Part shown: positions 62,815-64,000 of the stretch, piece by piece
Layout: each line of letters begins with the position of its first letter
Position numbering within the stretch: position 1 is the stretch's first letter
Source: Vitrella brassicaformis CCMP3155
Lineage: Eukaryota; Protista; Chromerida
Direction of reading: 5' to 3'
Length of the DNA: 64,000 bases
NCBI GenBank assembly: GCA_001179505.1
Contig: CDMY01000420.1
Location: forward strand, 1 to 64,000
Program-made: the position numbers and the translations under genes
Notes under the pieces: model-generated
What the model was told of the DNA's origin: nothing
The model's input: only the letters and a program-made list of their open reading frames with translations
The model's database searches: none

Positions 62815-64000
62815 GGAGGGTCTATCACCACACCATTCACTCGTGTCGCGGTGGCATCACTAAGCTATCTGTTCATGGCATTTGACGGGACTCTAATCGA
62901 TCCACACGCTCGTCCACTCAGTCACTGGGTGGGAGGTTGACAATTGCGTGCTGTGCCATGACCGTGTGTGCGTGTGTGTACAGCGAGCGAGAGCACTAGC
63001 TGTCTGCCTGTGCGTGAGACAAGCAACCCCTGCGTGGTGACTGCAGATGACGGATCGTTGATGAGCCCTTTTCCACTGAAAGCATTCACCGTAGCATGAT
63101 CTGATCCAGCCACTGTCGCAACGTAGGTCACAATGCTGCCGCCTTCAAGTCAACATACGTACGTCGCTCTTAGCCCACGACCAAGCCCTCCAAGCTACAC
63201 GTGTACAGCACCTTCCTGGCTGCCGTTCACACGTAGCCCGCGCCAGCAGGGCCGGAGGCCAAGAGCGACGCAGACCATCCAGGCTTCATCCACACACACG
63301 CGCCCAGCAGTCAGGCCGACGAACATCCCTCTTACCGAGCCATTCATCCAGTCGCCTCACGCACACTACGGACCAGAAATGAGACAGCCAGGAATTGAGG
63401 CTCACGAAACCATGCGGACGCCACAGGCACCGTCCCCGCCCCGTCTTCTCCCTTGTTGCCCTTTCTGGAGCGGGGCCGAAACGAGGGCTTCCATCCCCTC
63501 ACTTCGGTGCTGCACCGCAAGGACTACAAGAGAGACGACGAGGCAGGGAGGGGCGATAGACAAGAGACATTCAGCCGCCAATCGGATACATACACACACA
63601 TACATGGTGCACAGCGCCTGCCTGCACAACACGGTTGCCCACATCTGGCTCGCCCGAGGGCACACGCACACGCACGGGATTGAAACCATATACGTGATAA
63701 AAACACCGTGCGTGAGATCACGCACTCACTCAGAAACACGCCAATGACCTCGCTGCATTGAATGAATGACCTTCGTTGTGTTGTGTGTGTCAGTGAACGA
63801 AAGTATGTGAGTGGGTGGGTACGGAAAAGCGAAGCGGGCAGGAAAATCGCTGCTCAGGCGGAATGAGAAAGCCTGGCTGTGTGCACCGTCTCACACACGC
63901 ACACACATGGAGAGAGAGAAAAAGGGGGCCGACTTGACGTGACAGGCCCATGCCACTGATCCATCCATGTTACACAGAGACGCAGAGAGATAGAGAAATA

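Noticed and set aside
62900-63760. Possible minus-strand exon (about 63405-63520) with AG/GT boundaries, and short ORFs
   Set aside because: No recognisable protein, start or consistent exon chain within the window; it could belong to a gene beyond 64 kb but cannot be supported here.
1-64000. tRNA, rRNA, transposase or reverse-transcriptase genes
   Set aside because: No cloverleaf with T-loop/anticodon arms, rRNA conserved blocks or DDE/RT motifs were seen by eye. tRNAscan-SE and Infernal would be decisive.

Overview
Eukaryotic, intron-dense, GC-rich genomic DNA. Its introns are full of (CA)/(GT), (CAGA)/(TCTG) and (GGAT)/(ATCC) microsatellites. It carries nucleus-encoded plastid proteins with bipartite signal+AF presequences. 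The organism is most likely a chromerid alga such as Vitrella brassicaformis (inference). I can build 14 protein-coding genes: a secreted orphan, a Kelch protein, a C2H2 zinc-finger protein, a giant (~60 exons, roughly 2,900 aa) cadherin-like/multi-TM/MORN membrane protein, a 4-TM orphan, a SAPS/PP6 regulatory subunit, Gle1, an Asp/Asn beta-hydroxylase-family oxygenase, violaxanthin de-epoxidase-related protein, a USP deubiquitinase, two divergent LHC genes, a low-complexity orphan and NatB subunit Naa25. There is one 300-nt assembly gap. No rRNA, tRNA, CRISPR array or transposase was seen. The most unusual signals are: (1) the single-gene receptor-like architecture at 7136-20771; (2) two homologous ~100-nt hairpins with compensatory base changes 11.4 kb apart; (3) an AGCTCGCA motif recurring in short, mostly bidirectional promoters; (4) complementary AC-rich/GT-rich intron ends. 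All exon models were read by eye, so internal boundaries are approximate.
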